Source of the DNA: a virus
IMG/VR virus record: IMGVR_UViG_3300019762_000006
Coordinates: 1-64,000 of that record
Length of the DNA: 64,000 nt
Direction: 5' to 3' (one strand)
The notes beneath the pieces are model-generated. The model saw only the letters and a program-made list of their open reading frames with translations. It did not search any database and was not told the DNA's origin. Of this stretch, positions 56,809 to 64,000 are shown in pieces. The position numbers and the translations under genes were made by a program. The first letter of the stretch is position 1. Each line of letters opens with the position of its first letter.

Positions 56809-57030
56809 TCAAATTGCTCTAAGAGCTCCAATAATTGCTTCTATTTGTCCTTCAGTACAAGACCTAAGTAAATGTTTAAGTCGTTTGCCGTTAGAGTCTA
56901 GTGATTCAGATATATCAATATCTGTAGCATCCTCTACAAGTTCTTCAAATTGCTTACGAGTTAGATTAAGCACATAACCCGGCTTTGGAGATAATTCAGT
57001 CATCAGTTCACGGATTTGTTTGTTATTCAT
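56809..57030 (-). CDS. stand-alone AbiJ-N-terminal-like domain protein (73 aa)
   Basis: GYVLNLTRKQFEELV..DIDI..SNGKRLKHLL. Confidence 0.5.
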   Translation of the reverse strand: MNNKQIRELMTELSPKPGYVLNLTRKQFEELVEDATDIDISESLDSNGKRLKHLLRSCTEGQIEAIIGALRAI

Positions 57031-57232
57031 TATTGTTTTCCTTCCTATTTTCTAAAGTTGCCTGTATTCTATCTATTAAATTACTGTCTAACACCTTTTC
57101 AGGCCTACAAATAGGCTTTATTGAAGATAAACTCATTAGATAATCTTTATAGTGAGTAGCGTATTTAGTTAACTGTTTATTATGTGCATTAACTAAATAA
57201 ATAATGTGTTCTGCTATTGCTGAATCTGTCAT
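57023..57232 (-). CDS. hypothetical protein (69 aa)
   Basis: Co-oriented, overlapping. Confidence 0.6.
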   Translation of the reverse strand: MTDSAIAEHIIYLVNAHNKQLTKYATHYKDYLMSLSSIKPICRPEKVLDSNLIDRIQATLENRKENNNE

Positions 57233-57233
57233 G

Positions 57234-57776
57234 TTAAACCTTTAATTTATCAAAAATAGTGTAGATAAAGTCTTCGTGTTCTTTATGTAAGTTTATCTTA
57301 GCTTTATTTGCTTCATAGTACTTTTCTGCAGTATCTCCAAATTTGTAACCCATAGCAGTCCAGTCAACTAGCATATGAACTAAATAACGTTCAACTAATC
57401 CTGGTTTTGTATTAATATCCTCTGATGGTAAGTTGTTAATAAACTCACAATGATGTTCATTGTTTGTATAATGATGTTCCCAGGCCTTTTTGAAGTTTGA
57501 GTTGTCTTCATTACTTGGTATATGTAGTGGAAAAAATTTATCACGGTATTGTGTAAACTCCTCAGCACTAAATTTGCTAACATCGTGATAACAAATTTCT
57601 TGACGTAGTTTGTGCCACGTACAGTCGTCACCAACCCAAGGCATTCCATCACAAGCTTCAGATAGTTCCTGAAAAGCTTTTCTAATATTGTTGAAATGCT
57701 CTTCAAGATAATCTAAATATGCTCTAGTTCTGTCAATGTATTCTTGACCTACCATATGTTTCTGCTCAATAAACAT
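57234..57776 (-). CDS. DUF5662-like HD-type protein
   Basis: EEH..HDVSKFS.EEF..AWEHHY.NNEHH..HMLVDW.AM. Confidence 0.7.
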   Translation of the reverse strand: MFIEQKHMVGQEYIDRTRAYLDYLEEHFNNIRKAFQELSEACDGMPWVGDDCTWHKLRQEICYHDVSKFSAEEFTQYRDKFFPLHIPSNEDNSNFKKAWEHHYTNNEHHCEFINNLPSEDINTKPGLVERYLVHMLVDWTAMGYKFGDTAEKYYEANKAKINLHKEHEDFIYTIFDKLKV

Positions 57777-57932
57777 ATTACCAACCTTTCAATAACAAAC
57801 AATTATCTGCTGTTATAGCAACTTCTTTATGTTCGTAAAGTACTTTATATATAAACATAATAAATTCCTTTTAAGTTAAAATTAATGTTAATGTGTTATA
57901 ATTAGTGTAATAAAATACACAAAGGATAACAC

Positions 57933-58112
57933 ATGATAAAAAAGCAAAAACCTATTAGAGTTCATGCAACAATGGATCCAAAATTGATCCAGCAGATGAA
58001 AGATTACTTACAACAAGTAAATGATGACAAAACTTTAAAGTACGTTAGTCAATCTGAGTTTATTAGTGAAGCAGTTAACCAATTACTTAATATGGAATTA
58101 AACAATGAGTAA
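57933..58112 (+). CDS. ribbon-helix-helix protein (59 aa)
   Basis: Translated by hand: MIKKQKPIRVHATMDPKLIQQMKDYL...VSQSEFISEAVNQLL. Confidence 0.8.
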   Translation: MIKKQKPIRVHATMDPKLIQQMKDYLQQVNDDKTLKYVSQSEFISEAVNQLLNMELNNE

Positions 58113-58986
58113 AAAACTTACTACGGAGGAATTCATACAACAATCACAAAAAATTCATGTGTACAAATACACTTATTCTAATACTGTATATACAGGTGCT
58201 GCTAATAAAGTCATCATTACATGTCCTAAGCATGGCGACTTTGAGCAGACTCCTCATAATCATAAACAAGGTAAAGGTTGTAGAGCTTGTGCTAATGAGT
58301 CCCTTGCCGAAGATAGAAAAGACTCAATAGATAAAGTAATTCAAAACTTCAAGGCTGTGCATGGTGATTCGTATAAGTACAATAAAATCCAGTACAAAAA
58401 TGCCCAGACTAACGTTACAATTACATGTCCTGTGCATGGAGATTTCGAACAAGCTCCTACAAGCCATTTAGCAGGAAGAGGATGCCCTGAATGTGGTACT
58501 GAAAGGATGAAATCAACACAAGAAGAAGTCTTATTAAAATTTAAATATGCTCACAGAGACAGGTATAAATATGATAAAGTGATTTATAACAATATGAATA
58601 CTAATGTAAGCATAATCTGTCCAGAACATGGCGAATTTACACAAAATCCTGACATTCATATGAGAGGTCATGGATGTCCAAGCTGTTCTAAATCAGGATT
58701 TGACAAAAAGAAACCTGCAATACTATACTATCTAAAAGTAACAACAGATGATAATCAAGAGTTATACAAAATTGGAATAACAAATAAATCTGTGAATGAA
58801 CGGTTTAGCTTAACAGACCTAAAGAAAATTGAAATAATTAAACAAGAAGAATTCAAATCAGGTCAAGATGCTTTAGATAAAGAAACTGAGATTAAACGAA
58901 GGTTTAAAGAATTTCAGTATAAAGGGCCTAACATACTCCAAAATGGAAATACTGAATTATTTACAGTAGACCTATTTAATTTATAA
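58105..58986 (+). CDS. putative homing endonuclease: 3 DUF723-like Zn repeats + GIY-YIG (T5orf172-like) domain
   Basis: CP.HG.F.Q.P..H..G.GC..C x3; LYYLKV..LYKIGITNK..GNTELF. Confidence 0.8.
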   Translation: MSKKLTTEEFIQQSQKIHVYKYTYSNTVYTGAANKVIITCPKHGDFEQTPHNHKQGKGCRACANESLAEDRKDSIDKVIQNFKAVHGDSYKYNKIQYKNAQTNVTITCPVHGDFEQAPTSHLAGRGCPECGTERMKSTQEEVLLKFKYAHRDRYKYDKVIYNNMNTNVSIICPEHGEFTQNPDIHMRGHGCPSCSKSGFDKKKPAILYYLKVTTDDNQELYKIGITNKSVNERFSLTDLKKIEIIKQEEFKSGQDALDKETEIKRRFKEFQYKGPNILQNGNTELFTVDLFNL

Positions 58987-59718
58987 GTCTACTACTTTTT
59001 CATCTTCAATTTTTGCCTTCCTTGTAAGAATTCTTTCTAAGTCTCCAACGGACTCTCTTACAAATTTGAATCCGCCTTCAACTAGTTTAGTTTTAGTTGT
59101 ATTTGATTCGTCAAATACATCTGCTGTGTATTTGAATGCTCTATCTTCCATAACTGTTTCAACAACTGTGCTGAACGACTCCTCAATAATGTTAGTATGC
59201 TCTTTACCTTTGGTAGTAACATATCTCTTAGAGTTTGGTGCCATACCAACTCTAGGAGGGTAGTGTGCAGTAACATATGTAAACTTTCCATATGTAAGAG
59301 TTGCAGACTTAATACACTCAAGAATCTGTGTGATTGCATTGTTATATGCGTTCCAAACATCGTATCCAGAGAAGTGTTTAGCTGCCCATCTATTGAATAG
59401 TTTAGTCATAAGTGTAAATGTATCAACTAACAGTCTATCTACTCTGTCGTCAGATAGCACTGTAATGATACGTTGTTCAATCTTGTCAACCATTTCGATA
59501 TCTTCAATATCAAATTCGTGCCATACTTTGAGGAACTCTGAATCATCTTCTGAGATTGATTTGCCGTCAAAATTGAATATATAAGTTCGCTTCTTATCTG
59601 CTAAGCTAAGTTGCCCGAATGCAAAAGTTTTACCAGAACCTGTCTCAGATGCTAGTAACACTGGGTAGTGACTAGTTAATTTCTTACGTTCAACTAGTGC
59701 TATGTTTTCTAAAGTCAT
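58981..59718 (-). CDS. Sak4-like AAA ATPase (N4 gp44-like)
   Basis: SETGSGKT, LLVDTFT, GYDVW.AYN, VTAH, IEESFSTVV. Confidence 0.75.
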   Translation of the reverse strand: MTLENIALVERKKLTSHYPVLLASETGSGKTFAFGQLSLADKKRTYIFNFDGKSISEDDSEFLKVWHEFDIEDIEMVDKIEQRIITVLSDDRVDRLLVDTFTLMTKLFNRWAAKHFSGYDVWNAYNNAITQILECIKSATLTYGKFTYVTAHYPPRVGMAPNSKRYVTTKGKEHTNIIEESFSTVVETVMEDRAFKYTADVFDESNTTKTKLVEGGFKFVRESVGDLERILTRKAKIEDEKVVDL

Positions 59719-60500
59719 AAATACTTCCTTCGTGATTTAATAAAATTTATAACCCTTCGGTATACTGAATCAGTATCCTTGGGCACCAAAAATGAACGGT
59801 TAAGATGTAAAATAACCTGTTCAATTAGCTTGTCGTCTGCCCCACGTTCAACTAAGTTGAATGCTGCGGACAATAAGTAACGGGTACGGTTGCCACTAAT
59901 TGCGGTTGAGTACGACTGAAATTCGGTTAGAATCTCTGTAAGATCCAATGAAGAATCTAGTTGACGTACTTCTTTCTCTTCCTCTGGTAACAAATAATCG
60001 TCAACGACTAATGGCTGTCCATGGGAAGATACCACAATAGAGTTTGCGTAACTATAAAACTTCTGTGAAGGACGTTCTGATGCGTTATCCAGATCAGTTA
60101 TAAGTCCAAGTGTCCGAATTCCTATAACTAGTCTGCGATACTCCTTAGAGTTCACCTCCCGATCCAAAGGTAATAGCACACGATACTTAAATAGATTCTG
60201 GGTGTCACTTGTTGTCCCTAAAATACACTCCAAGTCCTCCAATTGCAACTCTGCTAAGCGTGAATGAATGTCTGTAGATGTATAATCTATGTCAATTACT
60301 ACAAACTTAGCGGGTCCGCAAATGTTGTAAAGTCCCTGCTCGTGTCCCAAGAACTTAAATGGGTTGTACATATAGTCCTTCGATAATAAATAGACTAAAC
60401 TTCTAAAAGTACATCGCATATGCTTAGTAAAAAACTTAATGTCCTCTCGTTCGTCCTTTGTGAAGTCGGGCAATGGTCTAATTGATAAGGTTACTTGCAT
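59715..60500 (-). CDS. putative AEP-type primase
   Basis: FVVIDID (DxD), KYRVLLPL.R, D.AS..PSQ.FY, C-terminal GNR..LLSAA (PriCT-like). Confidence 0.65.
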   Translation of the reverse strand: MQVTLSIRPLPDFTKDEREDIKFFTKHMRCTFRSLVYLLSKDYMYNPFKFLGHEQGLYNICGPAKFVVIDIDYTSTDIHSRLAELQLEDLECILGTTSDTQNLFKYRVLLPLDREVNSKEYRRLVIGIRTLGLITDLDNASERPSQKFYSYANSIVVSSHGQPLVVDDYLLPEEEKEVRQLDSSLDLTEILTEFQSYSTAISGNRTRYLLSAAFNLVERGADDKLIEQVILHLNRSFLVPKDTDSVYRRVINFIKSRRKYL

Positions 60501-60721
60501 GGTTCAAAAGAATTACATCCAAAAGTTGTAAAGTTAGCTTTTGGGTCAATCTGAAGTATGCTGTCTTGTACAGAGCATCCACAATAATCATGTCTACAGT
60601 TATCACAGATTTGGTGTTTCTTCAATAATTCAAAAGTATCAACTGCAATAACTTGTTCGCGATAAGTTGCTGGTTCTAGTCCCAAATTCTTTAAATGTTT
60701 AAAAATCTCTTGTCTATCCAT
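60491..60721 (-). CDS. small Cys-rich protein (likely start MDRQEIF)
   Basis: CDNC..C.C..FGC; AAGGA SD before the internal Met. Confidence 0.55.
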   Translation of the reverse strand: MDRQEIFKHLKNLGLEPATYREQVIAVDTFELLKKHQICDNCRHDYCGCSVQDSILQIDPKANFTTFGCNSFEPCK

Positions 60722-60731
60722 AACTGTTTCC

Positions 60732-63011
60732 TTATAAGTTTGCGAATGGTTCAATAAGATATGTATGCTTAGTCTGCTCATCAATAGATTTGATAAGAGA
60801 CGAGTTTACATTATCAACAAAGTTTAACAGCCTATCGTCTGGTACATAGTGAACTCGCATATCGTAAACAATAGTTGCGAATAGCAGAAGTGGATTAGAT
60901 GACGCATCTAATGCATCAATCAGTAATTGCTTGTTCTCTAATATGTCGTCGTTCAAGTACTTGTTAATAGCTGCTGTAGTAGGTTTAGAATCTGCTTTGA
61001 TAGATAGTAAGGGAACATCACCGCCTGAAGCCAGATTTGCCAATACTCCACTAATGTCAAATAACTTAGCAGGTTCAGTTGCTTGTAAAACAGTTGCATC
61101 CTTGTAACCGTAATAAAGCATGTCAAATTCGCAATGTTCAGGCAATACACGAAGCATAAGTTGATTAGCAATAGACAATGCTATAAACTTATATTCAGAT
61201 TGCTTAACAATTGAATTAACAGGAAGAATCAAAGTAAAAGCGTGTTTGTTACTTGGGTCCTCACTAGTTGCTATAAAATGGTGTGTTGCAGATAAATACT
61301 TGTTAATCATGTCCATAGACAGGAATGAGTGTTCAACACGTAAGGCAATGAACTTACTAGTATCCTCTACAAATGGGTTAAATGTTGCGTTCAGGCTTAA
61401 CATCTTCCCAAGTGCACTAATAGGCTTGTTAGAAGATATGTTGTGAATTGGGGACTCAGTGATATGGCCAGGAATTGCCTTATATGAGTACTCCCCATCC
61501 AGATTCTTTACAACGGGCACAAATACAAAGGCATTTGATTTCTCGTTATAAGATACAGTTGCTATTCCCTCAAGTTTACTGTTAACAGGTTTTAAAAAGT
61601 TCTCTAAAGATGCTTTGTTTAGCTGTTTAACATTTATGTATCCTCTAGTAATTGCTTTATCGATTGGTAAAGTATTATCAAAAAATCCTTGTTGCCAATC
61701 GTTAATAAATAACTCATAGTCCTTCAGTTCTAATGTTTTAGCAAATCTGGTAAGGTGTTGTGCCGTATAATCACAAAAGTAAATTGCTGCTTTAAGAGTA
61801 TCTGCATCAATAACTCGTTTGTTCTGTGCTAATGCCCAAACAGCTGCAATACGTCCCATTTTAAATGCTCTACCAGACATTTCAATGCCTTCTACAGAAT
61901 CCCCATCCTTGAGCAATAAATACTTAGATAAATCCTGTGTGTAAGACTTGTAGTCATCGTACACTACAGAGGCTTCCTCGTCGAACATAACTACAGGATC
62001 TGCAATAGTTGACTTAACACATTTAACAAAATGTGTATTCAGTCGTTCAGTGTACTCTTTAAGAATCACTCTAGAATTTGCTTGAATTTCCCTACGTTCT
62101 GCTGGAGATTTGGGAATATACTCGTTCTCAAATTCCTCTGCTGCGTTACTAAATACAATCGATACTCTACGAGCGAGTGAAGTAGTGAGCATAGGAATTA
62201 GTAATTTCTGCACATTCCCTTCAGTATAGAATGGGGCTGGACTAGAAATTCCTAATAGATTTGGGAACATATCGTCAACCGATTCCTCTTTAGAGTCCTC
62301 AGTCTTGAATTCAGGTGCTACAGATTTACCCATATCGTATAGAGTAGAAAATAGTTCCAATACATCTACGATCTTAGAGTTAGACTGTACAGCTAAGCCA
62401 AGTTCAGATGCAAAAAGAGACTTGACACCAAATGAAGTCTTTGCCATACGGTTAAGTGATGTTGTAAGACCTCCTCTAGTAGATGCTAAAGAAGTAATAG
62501 CTATCTCAGGCTTATCTATAAGATGTTGGTAATCTGTATATACCACCGAATTCTCGTCCAAATCTGGTGTAGTCTTCTTAGCATCCCTAATATATCTACT
62601 TCTAGCTTTGTCTTCCAGTTCAATACTATGTTGCTTCTCAATAAAGTCTATAGCTGATGCTGCTGCTTTACTAAGAGCTTGGTAAGTACTATCTTTACCT
62701 GATCCAGAACGACTAATAATCATAGAGTATGTGTTAATACCTATATAATCGTCTGAGTAAATTGGGTCGTTAATGTGTGGTCTAAGTTGACCAAACATGT
62801 GAGACAATACAAAATTGGATACTGCTACAGCAGAAATATTGCTAAATGCTGGCGTTTTAGCAGTTGCTAATTTCAACATATCCTGCATAACTTGGGGTAA
62901 TACTGTAGTGTCAAATTGGTTCATGTTACGATTCTGTAAAAACTCTAAGTCCTCCTCATACTGTGCTATGAGTGACTTGAGTTTAGATAGAATCTGTTCT
63001 TCAGTTGTCAT
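60732..63011 (-). CDS. DUF3987-like P-loop helicase fused to a degenerate primase domain
   Basis: SRSGSGKD Walker A, FASELG, LYD.GK, LARR; C-terminus aligns by eye with 59715..60500. Confidence 0.65.
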   Translation of the reverse strand: MTTEEQILSKLKSLIAQYEEDLEFLQNRNMNQFDTTVLPQVMQDMLKLATAKTPAFSNISAVAVSNFVLSHMFGQLRPHINDPIYSDDYIGINTYSMIISRSGSGKDSTYQALSKAAASAIDFIEKQHSIELEDKARSRYIRDAKKTTPDLDENSVVYTDYQHLIDKPEIAITSLASTRGGLTTSLNRMAKTSFGVKSLFASELGLAVQSNSKIVDVLELFSTLYDMGKSVAPEFKTEDSKEESVDDMFPNLLGISSPAPFYTEGNVQKLLIPMLTTSLARRVSIVFSNAAEEFENEYIPKSPAERREIQANSRVILKEYTERLNTHFVKCVKSTIADPVVMFDEEASVVYDDYKSYTQDLSKYLLLKDGDSVEGIEMSGRAFKMGRIAAVWALAQNKRVIDADTLKAAIYFCDYTAQHLTRFAKTLELKDYELFINDWQQGFFDNTLPIDKAITRGYINVKQLNKASLENFLKPVNSKLEGIATVSYNEKSNAFVFVPVVKNLDGEYSYKAIPGHITESPIHNISSNKPISALGKMLSLNATFNPFVEDTSKFIALRVEHSFLSMDMINKYLSATHHFIATSEDPSNKHAFTLILPVNSIVKQSEYKFIALSIANQLMLRVLPEHCEFDMLYYGYKDATVLQATEPAKLFDISGVLANLASGGDVPLLSIKADSKPTTAAINKYLNDDILENKQLLIDALDASSNPLLLFATIVYDMRVHYVPDDRLLNFVDNVNSSLIKSIDEQTKHTYLIEPFANL

Positions 63012-63202
63012 TTACTATCCTTTGTAATTATCTGTGAGAAAATATGAGCATATCTTAAATATTCTGAAGGTGAATTAAATACATGCCAAGTTGCTTTAAC
63101 AGCAAATGTGTTAGCTATTGCACTTGCTTTGTCTTCGCCTAAATGTAACTTAGAATCTTTAATTACAATGTATATAATTTTGTACACATGTTCAGTTGTC
63201 AT
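63008..63202 (-). CDS. hypothetical protein (64 aa)
   Basis: ATGA overlap. Confidence 0.6.
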   Translation of the reverse strand: MTTEHVYKIIYIVIKDSKLHLGEDKASAIANTFAVKATWHVFNSPSEYLRYAHIFSQIITKDSK

Positions 63203-63650
63203 TAACTGCCTTTAAAATTGAATCTAGTTGTATCTCTAAGTAGCAAATACCATCACGCATAACTTTGTTGTACAATTGCTTCTTGTTTAAAGACACTCTA
63301 TACGCTTTAAGATCACGTTGTGTTGCAAATTGAGGTTCGTAGTTCAGCATAGTTGCTAATTTAGTAATGTAGTTAAACATAGCTTCATCAGAACCATTCA
63401 GTGTAGGCTGTGCTAAGCTATTGTAAAGTACTACAAAGTCAGTTGGTGAACGCATACAGAGGTGTTCGTTAGTTACTATGAAGGGAGATTCAATAGTACA
63501 TTTATCAAATGAGCCCTGTTCAAGTTTAGCTTGACACTCGTCTAGTTTCTGTTTAAGGTTTTTATTTGTCTCTGCTAAAATTTCATCTGGGTATGTTGGT
63601 TTGCTTGAAATAAGTTCGTCGTATTCTTCTTGGGTTAATATGTATTGCAT
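63192..63650 (-). CDS. hypothetical protein (MQYILTQEEYDEL N-terminus)
   Basis: AGGAG SD. Confidence 0.7.
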   Translation of the reverse strand: MQYILTQEEYDELISSKPTYPDEILAETNKNLKQKLDECQAKLEQGSFDKCTIESPFIVTNEHLCMRSPTDFVVLYNSLAQPTLNGSDEAMFNYITKLATMLNYEPQFATQRDLKAYRVSLNKKQLYNKVMRDGICYLEIQLDSILKAVNDN

Positions 63651-63651
63651 G

Positions 63652-63924
63652 TTAATCTCCTAATTTGTGATAAATTGTTTCTCCGTTAGAGAAATGTCCA
63701 GTCACTCCATATGGAGTTGACACTTGTGTGAGTAAAGACTCAATGTGTTGTATTGCTTCCGACTCAATTGATTCCAATTTGGTTTGTAATCTAGAGCCAT
63801 GCAAAGCCCAAATTCCTGGTTTGATATCGTAATACTCTAGGTCCTCTTCAAGTTTTGATATAACATCAGTTGTATTCTCGTAATAATCACACCCATCTAT
63901 TAACCATTCAAACTCGTAATCCAA
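63652..63924 (-). CDS. acidic hypothetical protein (start uncertain)
   Basis: ORF track; near the window edge. Confidence 0.5.
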   Translation of the reverse strand: MDYEFEWLIDGCDYYENTTDVISKLEEDLEYYDIKPGIWALHGSRLQTKLESIESEAIQHIESLLTQVSTPYGVTGHFSNGETIYHKLGD

Positions 63925-64000
63925 ATTTGCTGCTTCGTAATATCCAGATCTAATAAATATATTGATGCAGTACGTAAAATTAAGGTTAAGGTAGTTTAGT

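Larger units (their letters stand above)
57882..58986 (+). mobile_element. promoter + RHH + endonuclease cassette, copy 2, antisense within the replication region
   Basis: Own TATAAT promoter with operator-like repeats; paralogous to 42019-43124. Confidence 0.65.

Overview
AT-rich segment of a tailed-phage genome with N4-like (Schitoviridae-type) organisation, read from sequence motifs and gene order only. It has four blocks. (1) 1-3.7 kb: leftward early genes, with six spaced DNA-hairpin motifs resembling virion-RNA-polymerase promoters, a candidate anti-Shine-Dalgarno sRNA and an oppositely oriented RepL-like gene. (2) 3.9-42 kb, + strand: small hypotheticals, terminase, tail fibres, lysis genes, portal, scaffold, major capsid, ejection proteins and a virion RNA polymerase split into two ORFs. 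(3) 43-64 kb, - strand: nucleotide metabolism and replication genes (MazG-like, DHFR, ThyA, DUF5664, NrdAB, HU, ligase, SF1 helicase, SSB-like, Sak4-like ATPase, primase/helicase). (4) Two copies of a promoter + ribbon-helix-helix + GIY-YIG-like endonuclease cassette. Recurrent TTAAG-N11-TATAAT promoters suggest a Campylobacterota host (inference). The most notable candidates are the split vRNAP whose only cysteines face each other at the split and which carries an N-terminal thermonuclease domain, the anti-SD sRNA complementary to two early RBSs, and a structured non-coding region with a CCA-ending tRNA-like fold at 54.8-55.1 kb. No DNA polymerase, RNAPII, integrase, reverse transcriptase or CRISPR array was seen. 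No searches or folding programs were run.
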